Shown here: positions 1 to 9,609 of the stretch, one piece after another
Layout: each line of letters opens with the position of its first letter
Numbering within the stretch: position 1 is the first letter of the stretch
Assembly (NCBI GenBank): GCA_046497275.1
Contig: JAWOFX010000053.1
Span: 1 to 32,000 of the forward strand
Source: Promethearchaeia archaeon
Lineage (GTDB): Archaea > Asgardarchaeota > Lokiarchaeia > Sigyniarchaeales > SOKP01
Length of the DNA: 32,000 bases
Reading direction: 5' to 3'
The notes under the pieces: model-generated
Database searches by the model: none
Told to the model about the DNA's origin: nothing
Seen by the model: only the letters and a program-made list of their open reading frames with translations
Made by a program: the position numbers and the translations under genes

Positions 1-662
1 ATTAAGGCAAATTTTTCAAATGATAATCGTAAATTACTTCCTCTATAAGGAATATAATGAGTAATTGAAGGGATTGTAGCGCGCAAACCTCCAGTATATA
101 TAAGTTCATGATATTTTAATCTCTCAAGATCAGTTTTTCCTTTTGTATCAGGTAAGGATTTAAAAATTGGAATAAGATCAATAGTAGTAGAACCTGCATC
201 TATTAATATGCAATTAGGTTCGAAATAACCAAGATAAAGTGCAGTTGAAACCCAGTTTGCTGCTGCTAATGAGTAAGGATTCTGATTAGCCCTACTTGAT
301 TGAATAAACTCATTTTCTAATGTAATAAAATGAAGCTTCTTATCGATAAAAACACTAGAGAGGGCATTAATAATAGAAAGAATTCCTTCATCTTTGGTTT
401 GGAATGCATCTGATAATTCTGCGGTCATCGAAATCGCAATATGATCAATATCTTCTTTATTAAGCCCATTTTCGACGATAATTTTTGATATTATGCGTTG
501 AAATAAGATTTTTATATGTTCCTTCGTTTTTTCCCAAAATGGGAAATATTCAATATAGGAAAAAGAGGATATAAGATTTTTCTCCTTAAATTTAAGTAAT
601 GCTGCTTTAGTATTAGCACCTCCTATATCCAATCCTAATATTAAAGTTTGTCTTGTTTTCAT
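1..662 (-). CDS. mfnF: Hydantoinase/oxoprolinase-family, H4MPT-linked C1 pathway protein (MfnF-like methanofuran biosynthesis enzyme); partial, C-terminus runs off the window start
   Basis: Not in the ORF track; translated by hand from ATG at 662: MKTRQTLILGLDIGGANTKAALL...IAISMTAELSDAFQTKDEGI...LAAANWVSTA...ILIDAGSTTIDLIP...ELIYTGGLRAT. The GLDIGGANTK, MTAELxDxF, AAANW and DxGSTT motifs fit the MfnF/MJ0840 family. The start overlaps the upstream TGA stop (ATGA at 659-662). Confidence 0.85.
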   Translation of the reverse strand, partial: MKTRQTLILGLDIGGANTKAALLKFKEKNLISSFSYIEYFPFWEKTKEHIKILFQRIISKIIVENGLNKEDIDHIAISMTAELSDAFQTKDEGILSIINALSSVFIDKKLHFITLENEFIQSSRANQNPYSLAAANWVSTALYLGYFEPNCILIDAGSTTIDLIPIFKSLPDTKGKTDLERLKYHELIYTGGLRATIPSITHYIPYRGSNLRLSFEKFAL

Positions 663-1711
663 TTTATTTCTTGATAATCCTCAACAAATTTAGCTCTAAG
701 TTGATGAAGAATCTCCTCTAAATTTTCTCCAGATAAAGCATTCGTTAATATATAATCTTTCTCTTCTATTTCCAATCTCTCTTGAAGATAGCATATTTCG
801 GATTGACTTGCTAAATCTTTTTTATTGAAAATAGGAATAATGTCTAAATCTTCAAATTTTATAAATTCGTTTTTCACTTCATTAAACAAATTGATTTGGG
901 ACTCAATATCATATCCACATGCCGGAGTAGGATCGAAGATGAATAGGATTAAATCAGAAATTAATCGTAAAGCTAATATTGCCTGTTTTTCAATATTATT
1001 TCTTTCTGAAATAGGTCTATCTAATATTCCTGGACTATCCATAATTTGGATTTGTATTGTGTCAAACCTTCGTTCAAGTTTTATATGTCCTAAAATTAGC
1101 TTCTTTGTCGTAAAAGGATATTCTTGAACTTCAATATTTTTTTTAGAAGAGATTTTTTTTACTATACTACTCTTTCCTACGTTTGGTGCTCCTGCGCATA
1201 CTACACATGGTACAGCATAATCAATTGAAGGGATTTCTCTCAATTTTCCTCTTATAGAATTTAAATATTTTAGGTTATTTTCTTGCTTTTTGATAATAGA
1301 GGAGACTCTACCAAATGCTCCTCGTCTCAATCTATCTCCTTCTTTTGGTTCGCTAATTCGTTTTAAACTTCTTAAATAATCTCTTTCAATTTTACTTAAC
1401 ACCGGTAATATTCCATTCAATTTACCGAGAGTTAATCTAAGTTTATCTGTATCCACTACAAGAGATGCTAATTCTTTGTAAAAGTCCGGTAAATCTTCTA
1501 TGATAGGCACCATTTTTATGATTTTTAAAATTCTATCGATGAGTTCTTCAATCGCGACTTTTATTCGCTTTGATTCCTTTTTTTTTGCCTTTATCAGAAT
1601 GGGTGCATTCTTAGAAACACTTGCCGAAGTTTTCATGGCTCTCCTAAAAGCAATGTCTAGGAGTTCTTGTGCACTTAGTACTCTATAAAAATTTAGAAAT
1701 GGATTTCTCAT
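659..1711 (-). CDS. NOG1-family (Obg/HflX-like) GTP-binding protein, ribosome biogenesis
   Basis: N-terminal helical NOG1 region (LLDIAFRRA...IEDLPDFYKEL), G1 GAPNVGKSS, G2 YPFTTK, G3 DSPGILDRP..ERNNIE, G4 FNKKD. Confidence 0.92.
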   Translation of the reverse strand: MRNPFLNFYRVLSAQELLDIAFRRAMKTSASVSKNAPILIKAKKKESKRIKVAIEELIDRILKIIKMVPIIEDLPDFYKELASLVVDTDKLRLTLGKLNGILPVLSKIERDYLRSLKRISEPKEGDRLRRGAFGRVSSIIKKQENNLKYLNSIRGKLREIPSIDYAVPCVVCAGAPNVGKSSIVKKISSKKNIEVQEYPFTTKKLILGHIKLERRFDTIQIQIMDSPGILDRPISERNNIEKQAILALRLISDLILFIFDPTPACGYDIESQINLFNEVKNEFIKFEDLDIIPIFNKKDLASQSEICYLQERLEIEEKDYILTNALSGENLEEILHQLRAKFVEDYQEIK

Positions 1712-1756
1712 ATTGTTATTGAATAATATTTATATATAAGAATGAGTGAAAAAATT

Positions 1757-3112
1757 TTAGATTTTTGATTTTAGATCATTTAATTTGGTTTTAATATCTT
1801 TGATCTCTTGAGATAAATCAATTTTTTCAGAAGGCATAGACTCATATAGTTCCAATATAATTTCATATCTGCCAATCGCTCTTCCGATCTTTCCCATACT
1901 CTCCTCTTTTTCGGCTTTTTTATAGAGCAAATTCGCTTTTTTGATCTTTCTTTTATTCTCTTCAGAGAGAGAACTCATTCTTTCAAATTCTATCTGTTCT
2001 CTCTTCTCTTTCTTTCTTTTTAATTCTTCGATTCTCTTTTGAAACATTTCATCTTCTTTCTCTTTTTGGAGAATGGTTTGCTTTTGTTTCTTTAAGAAAT
2101 CAAGTTTATATTTTTCTAAATTTTTTATCTCCGCATATATCTTATTCACTTCATTAAACCACCCAAGATCTTTAAATTTTTTTATAGCTTGGCAATAAAA
2201 TTCCTTTGCTTCATCATATTGATGGTTCTTTATCCTTCCTTTTGCTTGATCTAAAAAGAGTTCGGCCTCTTTCAATAATTTTTCTTCTTGGTCTTTCTTA
2301 TCTTGAATTTTTTTGTGCAATTCAAGTCGTTTATGGTTTTTAGTTTGTATTTTATTGTCTCTTTGTCTAATTTTTACTCCACTTTTTGTTACATCTTCGA
2401 CTTCGTTTATACTACGATCCACCCTCTCTCTAATTTCTCGTCTTCTCTTTTCTGCCCATGTTAAATCAGCTGATTGGGTTTTTACAACATGATTGATACT
2501 TTTTTCTTGTAATTTAGATGGTTCTTTTTCAAGAGGATAGGAGATTGTATTATCAATTTTTTTCTTTTGGGATTCCTTATTGAATCTATTTTCATAAAAA
2601 TCAATATTTTCTCTTTCTTTTTCTAATATCTGAACTTGTCGTGACCAGCCAAGTTCTTTAAAAATTTCAATTGATTCATCATAACATTTTTTAGCATTTT
2701 GATAATCGTGTTCATTAATACATTTATTACCTCTGTCTAAAATTGCTTCTGCTTTTTTGACTCTTTCTTTTTGCTTTCTTTTTTCTATATCAGCGGGAGT
2801 TTCTATAATCTTCTTAGAGACGCGCTGATTCTTAGCGGATTGATGAGAATCGACAGAAATTTCATTTTTTTCTATTCTTTCAAAAGTAGGAGTATATTCA
2901 GATTCTAATGGTGTCTCATACAAAATTAATCTTTTTGTTCGCTGGATCCTTTTATCAATCATATTACCTTTTCCATGAAATCCCAATTCTTGATTAATCA
3001 CTTTCGCTTTCTCGAACAATTCTATAGCAGAATGATAATTTTTTTTTGATAATTCATCCTTTGCCTCTCTCTCTAATTGATCAGCTTCTTTTTCTTTTGA
3101 TTCTTTAGACAT
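1757..3112 (-). CDS. Charged helical protein with four dispersed TPR/MIT-like three-helix repeats
   Basis: 451 aa. Four segments share the pattern A..L...A......Y..A...Y..A...F.ELG(W/F), separated by K/E/R-rich linkers. Confidence 0.75.
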   Translation of the reverse strand: MSKESKEKEADQLEREAKDELSKKNYHSAIELFEKAKVINQELGFHGKGNMIDKRIQRTKRLILYETPLESEYTPTFERIEKNEISVDSHQSAKNQRVSKKIIETPADIEKRKQKERVKKAEAILDRGNKCINEHDYQNAKKCYDESIEIFKELGWSRQVQILEKERENIDFYENRFNKESQKKKIDNTISYPLEKEPSKLQEKSINHVVKTQSADLTWAEKRRREIRERVDRSINEVEDVTKSGVKIRQRDNKIQTKNHKRLELHKKIQDKKDQEEKLLKEAELFLDQAKGRIKNHQYDEAKEFYCQAIKKFKDLGWFNEVNKIYAEIKNLEKYKLDFLKKQKQTILQKEKEDEMFQKRIEELKRKKEKREQIEFERMSSLSEENKRKIKKANLLYKKAEKEESMGKIGRAIGRYEIILELYESMPSEKIDLSQEIKDIKTKLNDLKSKI

Positions 3113-3237
3113 ATATATACAAAATAAAAATTGTCCTATTAAAGAATTTTCAAAATGTCGAAAATTTAAATTTAAAAAGTAATAAAATTATAAAATTTTA
3201 GAGTATTAATTCATAAAAATTTTAAAAAGGAAAAAAA

Positions 3238-4326
3238 ATGGAAAAATTAAAAATCGGAATTTTAGGCGCCACAGGTATAGTTGGCCAGAATTATATTAAA
3301 TTACTGCAAGGACATCCATGGTTTGAGGTGGCTGATATTGCCGCATCTCCACGTTCGGCCGGTAAGACCTATGAAAATGCGGCTGGTCCAAAATGGCAGA
3401 TGTCTGTTCCGATTCCAGAAAATATAAAAGATTTAATTGTCCGTGATGTTCAAGATTTTGATAGTATCCCTGACAATTTGAGTTTTGTATTTTCTGCGAT
3501 AAATATGCCTACTAAAGATCTAATAAGAGAAGTTGAATTTATGTATGCGAAAAATGATATACCTGTTGTGAGTAATAATTCAGCTCATCGTTGGACACCA
3601 GATGTACCCATGATAATAGGAGAAGTAAATAATGAACATTCCGAAGTAATTCCTATTCAACAAAAAAGAAGAGGTTTTTCTAAAGGATTTGTTGCTGTTA
3701 AGCCTAATTGCTCAATTCAAAGTTATGTAACTCCTATTTTCGCACTCGAACAAGCAAGCTATAAGATTGAAAAAATAATCGCAACAACTCTGCAAGCAGT
3801 ATCAGGAGCAGGTTACCCTGGAGTTCCCTCTCTGGATATGATTGATAATATAGTTCCTTATATTGGAGGAGAAGAAGAAAAATCAGAGAAAGAGCCGTTG
3901 AAAATATTCGGAAAAGTTACTGAAGAGGGTATTATAAATGATGATTCAATCGAGATAAGTGCTACATGCACAAGAGTTCCCGTCACGGATGGGCATACAG
4001 CGTCTCTCAACGTCAAATTCAAAGATAAAGTACCTAAAATAGATGAAATTATAGATATATGGACAACTTTCACATCTCTACCTCAGGAATTAGATCTTCC
4101 ATTCGCACCAAAACAACCAATAATATATCTCTATGATGATGAGAGACCTCAACCAAAAAAAGATAGGGATAATGATAAAGGAATGGCAGTTACTGTAGGA
4201 AGATTAAGAGAGGATAATGTCTTCGATATAAAATTCGTTGCACTTAGTCATAATACAATTAGAGGGGCAGCTGGTGGAGCTATTTTAAATGCTGAATTAT
4301 TAAGAACTAAAGGATTTATTAATTAA
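3238..4326 (+). CDS. asd: Aspartate-semialdehyde dehydrogenase
   Basis: Rossmann motif ILGATGIVGQ, SNNSAHR, catalytic KPNCS, QAVSGAGYPG, CTRVPVTDGH, SHNTIRGAAG. Confidence 0.97.
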   Translation: MEKLKIGILGATGIVGQNYIKLLQGHPWFEVADIAASPRSAGKTYENAAGPKWQMSVPIPENIKDLIVRDVQDFDSIPDNLSFVFSAINMPTKDLIREVEFMYAKNDIPVVSNNSAHRWTPDVPMIIGEVNNEHSEVIPIQQKRRGFSKGFVAVKPNCSIQSYVTPIFALEQASYKIEKIIATTLQAVSGAGYPGVPSLDMIDNIVPYIGGEEEKSEKEPLKIFGKVTEEGIINDDSIEISATCTRVPVTDGHTASLNVKFKDKVPKIDEIIDIWTTFTSLPQELDLPFAPKQPIIYLYDDERPQPKKDRDNDKGMAVTVGRLREDNVFDIKFVALSHNTIRGAAGGAILNAELLRTKGFIN

Positions 4327-4345
4327 TGTACCTTAGTTTTTCCAA

Positions 4346-5917
4346 TTAGAAAATATGCTTATCTATAAAAATGGTTAAGATCTTCTTTATAAGAGAAATC
4401 GTCCCTGTCTTCTTCAGATATAGGTATTCTGGTTTTTTAGGATAAACATCAAAATAAAGTTGTTTCTTCAATTTTTTAAGAGTTTTCACTTTTGAGATTA
4501 TATTGAAGTTATTGAAACTCATTATAAAATTATGGAGTAATTTAGATATTAACGAGATATCTACAGATAATGCTAAATCAATGTACCCAAAATTTTCCAT
4601 CAGTTTCCTTCTAACACCGTTTAAGCCAAGATTTTTGATCTCATTTACTTTATTAGATATCGGTATTATTTTAGTTAATTTTCTATTTTCTGTTTCTATT
4701 AAAATGGCTTTATTAAATCCTATCTCTATTGGATTTTCTAATTCACCTAAATCAATATTTTTATGTTGCAGTAGGTTTGTGAAAAGGATCAAAATTCTAT
4801 TTTTCAATCCCAACCTATTATAAAACAAACTAAACAGAAATTCTGGTATTTCCCAGTGCGACAACTTTTTAAGATAAATATTAAAACCAAGAAGTTTTAA
4901 AAAATATCTCAAAATTGGATTATAACTTATAGGCTTTGGATATTTAAACCAATATGTTTCATAAGACCTAAGTCCAAACAAAAATTTTTGGAAAAGTAAT
5001 TTTATTTTATCTAGCCCAATTGGATGCTGGAGTTCAAATATATTAGATAATAAGGTTAAAATGTGTTTGAGCTCGAAAAGAAAAATAAAGTCAACCTTTA
5101 ATTGAAGATATAATGATTTTAATAAATCAATCTCATTATCTCCGCTAAAATCAATATTAAATAATTCTGCGGGGAATATTTGGAGATCTAATTTGTTTTC
5201 TGAACTTTTCTTCTCTTTGTTTTCGATTCTTAGTATAAAAGAAGATTTGCCAGATCGTATTAAAAAAGCGTAATTAAATGGGGGGAGTATTTGTTTGATG
5301 AATTTAAATCCATTTGATAGAAAATTATGATCTGAAATCTGCGTTAATTCTTCAAAAAAGTTAATAACATTCGTTTTGGGAAATATGAAGAATAGCTGAT
5401 TTCTGATTATCTTTTCAATTATAGAGAAAATATTAGTTAGAGAATCTTCAAGAGATCTTTGTTCAATATCTTTTACATATAGGTTTAGTATCTCAATGGC
5501 TTTTTTTTTAAAAACGCGCATATGAGATACTCTAATTCTATGCTTTTTAAAAATTTCTTCTTGTAATTTGTTGAAAAATGCTCTTGTTTCTTTTAAAGGA
5601 TATTTCTTCAACTTTAAAATATCATTTTCTAAAATTTTATATGATTTGTGAATACCTGGCTCTTCTGTTTCATATAGAACAATTTGTTCTAATATTTCTT
5701 CATCATCTGAGATAATAATATCTACAACATTTTGTTGATCATTGATAAATTTTGGATATAAAATTCCAAATAGAGAATTTAATAATTTTGGGTTAATCTT
5801 AATAGAAGTGAGAGGGATTCTAACAGCTTCTTCTGGCTCATTTTCCCCTTTACGAAGTTCTTTTTTATTATTTTTGATAATTTTCATCCAGTTATCATAA
5901 AAATTACGATGAATCAT
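4346..5917 (-). CDS. Hypothetical protein (~523 aa), no recognisable family
   Basis: Long open frame. I prefer the ATG at 5917 (MIHRNF) over the track's TTG at 5938 because it lies 2 nt after the DUF362 stop and has GGAGG (5931-5935, minus strand) upstream. Confidence 0.75.
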   Translation of the reverse strand: MIHRNFYDNWMKIIKNNKKELRKGENEPEEAVRIPLTSIKINPKLLNSLFGILYPKFINDQQNVVDIIISDDEEILEQIVLYETEEPGIHKSYKILENDILKLKKYPLKETRAFFNKLQEEIFKKHRIRVSHMRVFKKKAIEILNLYVKDIEQRSLEDSLTNIFSIIEKIIRNQLFFIFPKTNVINFFEELTQISDHNFLSNGFKFIKQILPPFNYAFLIRSGKSSFILRIENKEKKSSENKLDLQIFPAELFNIDFSGDNEIDLLKSLYLQLKVDFIFLFELKHILTLLSNIFELQHPIGLDKIKLLFQKFLFGLRSYETYWFKYPKPISYNPILRYFLKLLGFNIYLKKLSHWEIPEFLFSLFYNRLGLKNRILILFTNLLQHKNIDLGELENPIEIGFNKAILIETENRKLTKIIPISNKVNEIKNLGLNGVRRKLMENFGYIDLALSVDISLISKLLHNFIMSFNNFNIISKVKTLKKLKKQLYFDVYPKKPEYLYLKKTGTISLIKKILTIFIDKHIF

Positions 5918-5919
5918 TT

Positions 5920-7338
5920 TTATTCTATTTCCTCCCAATTTTTCAGTTCTTTCCTTGAATTAAGAAAACCAGTTTTTTTATATAAAGAAATGAAGTAATT
6001 TAGATTCGGCATATCACCCTTACCAAAAAAATCTTTAATTTGATAAAAGCAATCCCATAAATTTGGAGGGCATCCTGGGAGCTCTAAGATGTGTTTATTG
6101 GTCACTTTTTTATCCTTTTTGCGGATTAACGTTTTTTTAGTTATTTTTCGGAAAGCATAATCTCTGGTAGTTTCAATAGCACAATCTCCAAATAAAATGA
6201 TGGGGTCCTCTGGGGAGATATCTGGTGGATTCACTCCAACTAAAAGATTATTTTGTCTAATATATTTCAGATCTTTAACTAAATAGGATTTGAAAATATT
6301 TAATAAATGATATGCTTTCAAAAAACAACCTGAACACATACTTCCAGTAAAAGGGTGAATATTCTGAATTCTAATATTGGATAATTTTGTTTTACAAAGA
6401 TTAATTTCAAAGGTGCTATCTTGTAGCGTTTCTCCAATAATTTCTATATCGGAAAGTAATTTTGGACCAACTCCTCGATTCACAGCTTCTACAATTATTT
6501 TATTATTTGAAGTGTTAAGATTCATTAACATAAGAGTAATTGTATCAACTGCGATAGAATCAGTTCCCACTATTAAAAAATTTGAAGTTTTTAAATTCGA
6601 ATCTTTGTAAATATACGGTCCTGCCCCTTCTAAAATATAAAACAGGTCATTTATCGTTAGGATTGGTTTCTTAATTAGATATGCGTCAATAATTCTTTTA
6701 CTGAGCTCTTCTTGATATTTATCATTTTTAACTATATCTTTTTTATTCTCCTCTGTGTAATGTATCTCTCTATATTTTTTTGGTAATATTGAGAATTGAT
6801 TATCTAATGATAAAGTACATTGGTTAATTGGTGATACATTTACTTGATTTAGATTAATAAATTTGTCTGACTTCAATAAAATCTTAGGAATTTCTATAAT
6901 GGAATTATTTATATTAATCTTTTCTTGATTTTGACTCTTTAAATCTTTTAAATTGCTAGACTCATTGATTTTTTCGTTATATAAATCACTATTATCGAGG
7001 AAGACAAATTCCGCTCCGAGAGCTTTGAAATATGCCTTTAATTCAAATATTTCATCAACAAATTTAATTGTAATTCTTTCCGTAAGAAAAGAGCCCACGT
7101 ATATTTTCTTTGGATTTGCATCCTTACATAATGATATTAATTTTTTCACTAAATTTAGATTACTATGAGAGGGAAACCCAGAAGTAGATCTTAAACTGAT
7201 TTTAATGAATATTATATCTCCTTCTTGAATGAATTCGCTAATACCTCCGAGCTTTTCCAATCCCTCAGAAAGAGCTTTCTCAGGGCTTTCTGATCTAACT
7301 ATAGCCACTCGTGGCTTTAAACGTGTTTCTTGATTCAT
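5920..7338 (-). CDS. DUF362-family protein with a C-terminal Fe-S-binding module
   Basis: N-terminus VAIVRSE...LEKLGGISEFIQEGDIIFIK and the later LTINDLFYILEGAGP...GTDSIAVD are DUF362-like. The C-terminus has CSGC, FGDCA and LPGCPP cysteine motifs. Confidence 0.75.
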   Translation of the reverse strand: MNQETRLKPRVAIVRSESPEKALSEGLEKLGGISEFIQEGDIIFIKISLRSTSGFPSHSNLNLVKKLISLCKDANPKKIYVGSFLTERITIKFVDEIFELKAYFKALGAEFVFLDNSDLYNEKINESSNLKDLKSQNQEKININNSIIEIPKILLKSDKFINLNQVNVSPINQCTLSLDNQFSILPKKYREIHYTEENKKDIVKNDKYQEELSKRIIDAYLIKKPILTINDLFYILEGAGPYIYKDSNLKTSNFLIVGTDSIAVDTITLMLMNLNTSNNKIIVEAVNRGVGPKLLSDIEIIGETLQDSTFEINLCKTKLSNIRIQNIHPFTGSMCSGCFLKAYHLLNIFKSYLVKDLKYIRQNNLLVGVNPPDISPEDPIILFGDCAIETTRDYAFRKITKKTLIRKKDKKVTNKHILELPGCPPNLWDCFYQIKDFFGKGDMPNLNYFISLYKKTGFLNSRKELKNWEEIE

Positions 7339-7447
7339 TTTGATTAATATAAGAAGGAAATCAATTAATTATTATTTTAAGAATAAATTAATAAGATAAT
7401 TGAACTATTTAATTTTAATTTAAGTGAACTATTAAGTGTAGTTTCTT

Positions 7448-8518
7448 CTATTCTAAATAATAATTATCCCCAACTTGAGTTATCTTTGAAGATTTTGAAA
7501 GAAATTCTTTTAAAATTTGTATTTCCTTATCGTGACCTTTTTCAGGAATAATTATATTGAATGAATATTCCTGTTCATTATTTATTTTTATCCAATGAAG
7601 CTTTTCAAAAAATTTCAGTTGTTTCAGCACAGTATTATTCAAAATTCCATTGGATTGAGAATTAAAAACCATATTATTTATTATTTCTATGATCTCGTCG
7701 AAATTTTTAAAACTAATATAAATATCCTTATCCATTGCTAGTTTTGTCCATAAATAAAGATCATCCTCCTCTAAAATAGAAGAGAGATTTATTATCCTTT
7801 TCAAATTTTGCTCTGCTAAGATTCTTCTTTCTGCTCTAAGGGACTTAGGATTAAAAAACAAATCCGTAGTTTCAACCTCCATCCTTGAATATATTCCATC
7901 CTTAGAAATTTCAACTTTATTAACTTTTGCCCCTAGATACCCAAAAAAGACTGCATTGTATTTTATGTTTTCGAAGCAAATATTTTTGTAGTAAATTGAC
8001 ATTTCAAAAACATATTTAATATTTCTTTTTTGTTTCTCAGTTTTAATGTCAATTTTAAAATTTTTTACTAACTCTTTATTTTTAAAATGACTTTTAAGTT
8101 TTTCAAAGAATTCTTTAAATTGTGTTAGATTATATGGATCAAAATTTTTAACATAAAGATTTCTTGTTGATAAGAGAAAATAGGATAAGTTTAAAATTGA
8201 ATCTTCGTATCTATTAGGTTCTAGGAACTCTTCAAAAATAGGGGCAAAGCTTTTATAAGAAAATTTATCGTAAAAACTATCTAAGCTACTGTCTCTTGAA
8301 TTGTATAAATCAGTCAAGTCTCCCCCTTCTTCAAGATATGCTAAAAATTCATTCATAACATACGTATAAAAGGATGATATACTTTTATAAGCTGGATCAT
8401 TGGAATTTTCTCTCGCCCTTTGTTGACAAAATTCTGAAATCTCTTTTTTTAATTCAGGAGAAATTGAAATTGTTTGCTTTTTAGTCTTTTTATTTGATAA
8501 ATATCTTTTAGGTGTCAT
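7448..8518 (-). CDS. Putative transcription regulator: N-terminal ribbon-helix-helix-like domain plus unknown ~280 aa C-terminal region (paralog A)
   Basis: KQTISISPELKKEISEF...YKSISSFYTYVMNEFL fits a beta-strand/helix/helix pattern. Colinear with 8536..9609 along its full length. Confidence 0.65.
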   Translation of the reverse strand: MTPKRYLSNKKTKKQTISISPELKKEISEFCQQRARENSNDPAYKSISSFYTYVMNEFLAYLEEGGDLTDLYNSRDSSLDSFYDKFSYKSFAPIFEEFLEPNRYEDSILNLSYFLLSTRNLYVKNFDPYNLTQFKEFFEKLKSHFKNKELVKNFKIDIKTEKQKRNIKYVFEMSIYYKNICFENIKYNAVFFGYLGAKVNKVEISKDGIYSRMEVETTDLFFNPKSLRAERRILAEQNLKRIINLSSILEEDDLYLWTKLAMDKDIYISFKNFDEIIEIINNMVFNSQSNGILNNTVLKQLKFFEKLHWIKINNEQEYSFNIIIPEKGHDKEIQILKEFLSKSSKITQVGDNYYLE

Positions 8519-8535
8519 AATGTCTAAACCTATTC

Positions 8536-9609
8536 TTAAATGTTCGTTCTTTTTTTTAAACTAAAATTCCCCTCATCTTGGACAATTTGAGCGTATTTCA
8601 ATATAATTTCCTTAAAAAATGTAATTTCCTCTTTATTTTGTTTTTTTTCAAGAACAAATTTGAATTTTAAATCGTTTTTGTTGTCAGCTTTAATCCAATG
8701 AATTTTTTCAAAAAATTCTAATAATTTTGAAACTATATCTCCCTCCATTTCTAAAAACTCCAAATCTTGCTCAATTTTTTTAATCCAATTATCTAATACT
8801 TTTATATTAATAAATCTTAGAAATGCATTATCATAGGAAGACATCTCCATCCAAAAATAGGGATCAAAATCATTTAAAAGTCGAGAGTAGTCTTTAAAAA
8901 AATCAAGATTTTTTTGAACTAATTTAATTCTTCTATTTCTAATTATTTTTTTAGAGAAAAAAAGTTGAGTTGTGATATAACTCAATTGAGCAAAAGAATC
9001 CTTCTCAGAGTAGAAGAAATCGATTAATTTAACCCCTAAAAATCCTAAAATTATAGATAAAAATTTTAGATTTTCATACTGCAAATTTTTATATGCTCCA
9101 ACATGTTCGCAAGTTAATTTTATATCTTCCAGTTTTCTTGACTTTGTTAAATGATAACTAAGATTCTTGCTTATCTCCTCTGGGACCGCCAAATCAATAC
9201 ATTTTTCAAAAATTTCTTCTAAATCACTAAAGTTATAAAAGTTTTTGTCTTTTATTAGTGATTTTCTTATTGTAATCAGAAGGGGGACTTTTCTCCTGAT
9301 ATCGATACCTCTATATCTATTCATTTTAAGCCATTCTTCATGTAATGAAAGTATTGCCCTAAAAGTAAGACCGTCCAAATAATCAGCTTTAGATTCTTTT
9401 TCTTGTTTATTTAAATCCCCGAAATTTTTACCAGTTTTTAAAAATTTTAATGCACATTCTAAAATGTAATTGTAAAACGCTGATACGCTTCTATATTTCT
9501 CACTGTCTGGATTTTCATTATGTTTTTTTTGAACGAACCTCTCAATCCAATCCTTAAGAGCTGGAGAAATCGAGATGGTTTGTTTCTCCGTTCTTTTTCT
9601 TTCAAGCAT
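8536..9609 (-). CDS. Putative transcription regulator: N-terminal RHH-like domain plus unknown C-terminal region (paralog B)
   Basis: KQTISISPALKDWIERF...YRSVSAFYNYILECAL. Shares NRY, YKN...EN.K, G.LG.K, TT.LFF, D.Y.W and L.FFEK.HWIK with paralog A. Confidence 0.65.
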   Translation of the reverse strand: MLERKRTEKQTISISPALKDWIERFVQKKHNENPDSEKYRSVSAFYNYILECALKFLKTGKNFGDLNKQEKESKADYLDGLTFRAILSLHEEWLKMNRYRGIDIRRKVPLLITIRKSLIKDKNFYNFSDLEEIFEKCIDLAVPEEISKNLSYHLTKSRKLEDIKLTCEHVGAYKNLQYENLKFLSIILGFLGVKLIDFFYSEKDSFAQLSYITTQLFFSKKIIRNRRIKLVQKNLDFFKDYSRLLNDFDPYFWMEMSSYDNAFLRFINIKVLDNWIKKIEQDLEFLEMEGDIVSKLLEFFEKIHWIKADNKNDLKFKFVLEKKQNKEEITFFKEIILKYAQIVQDEGNFSLKKRTNI

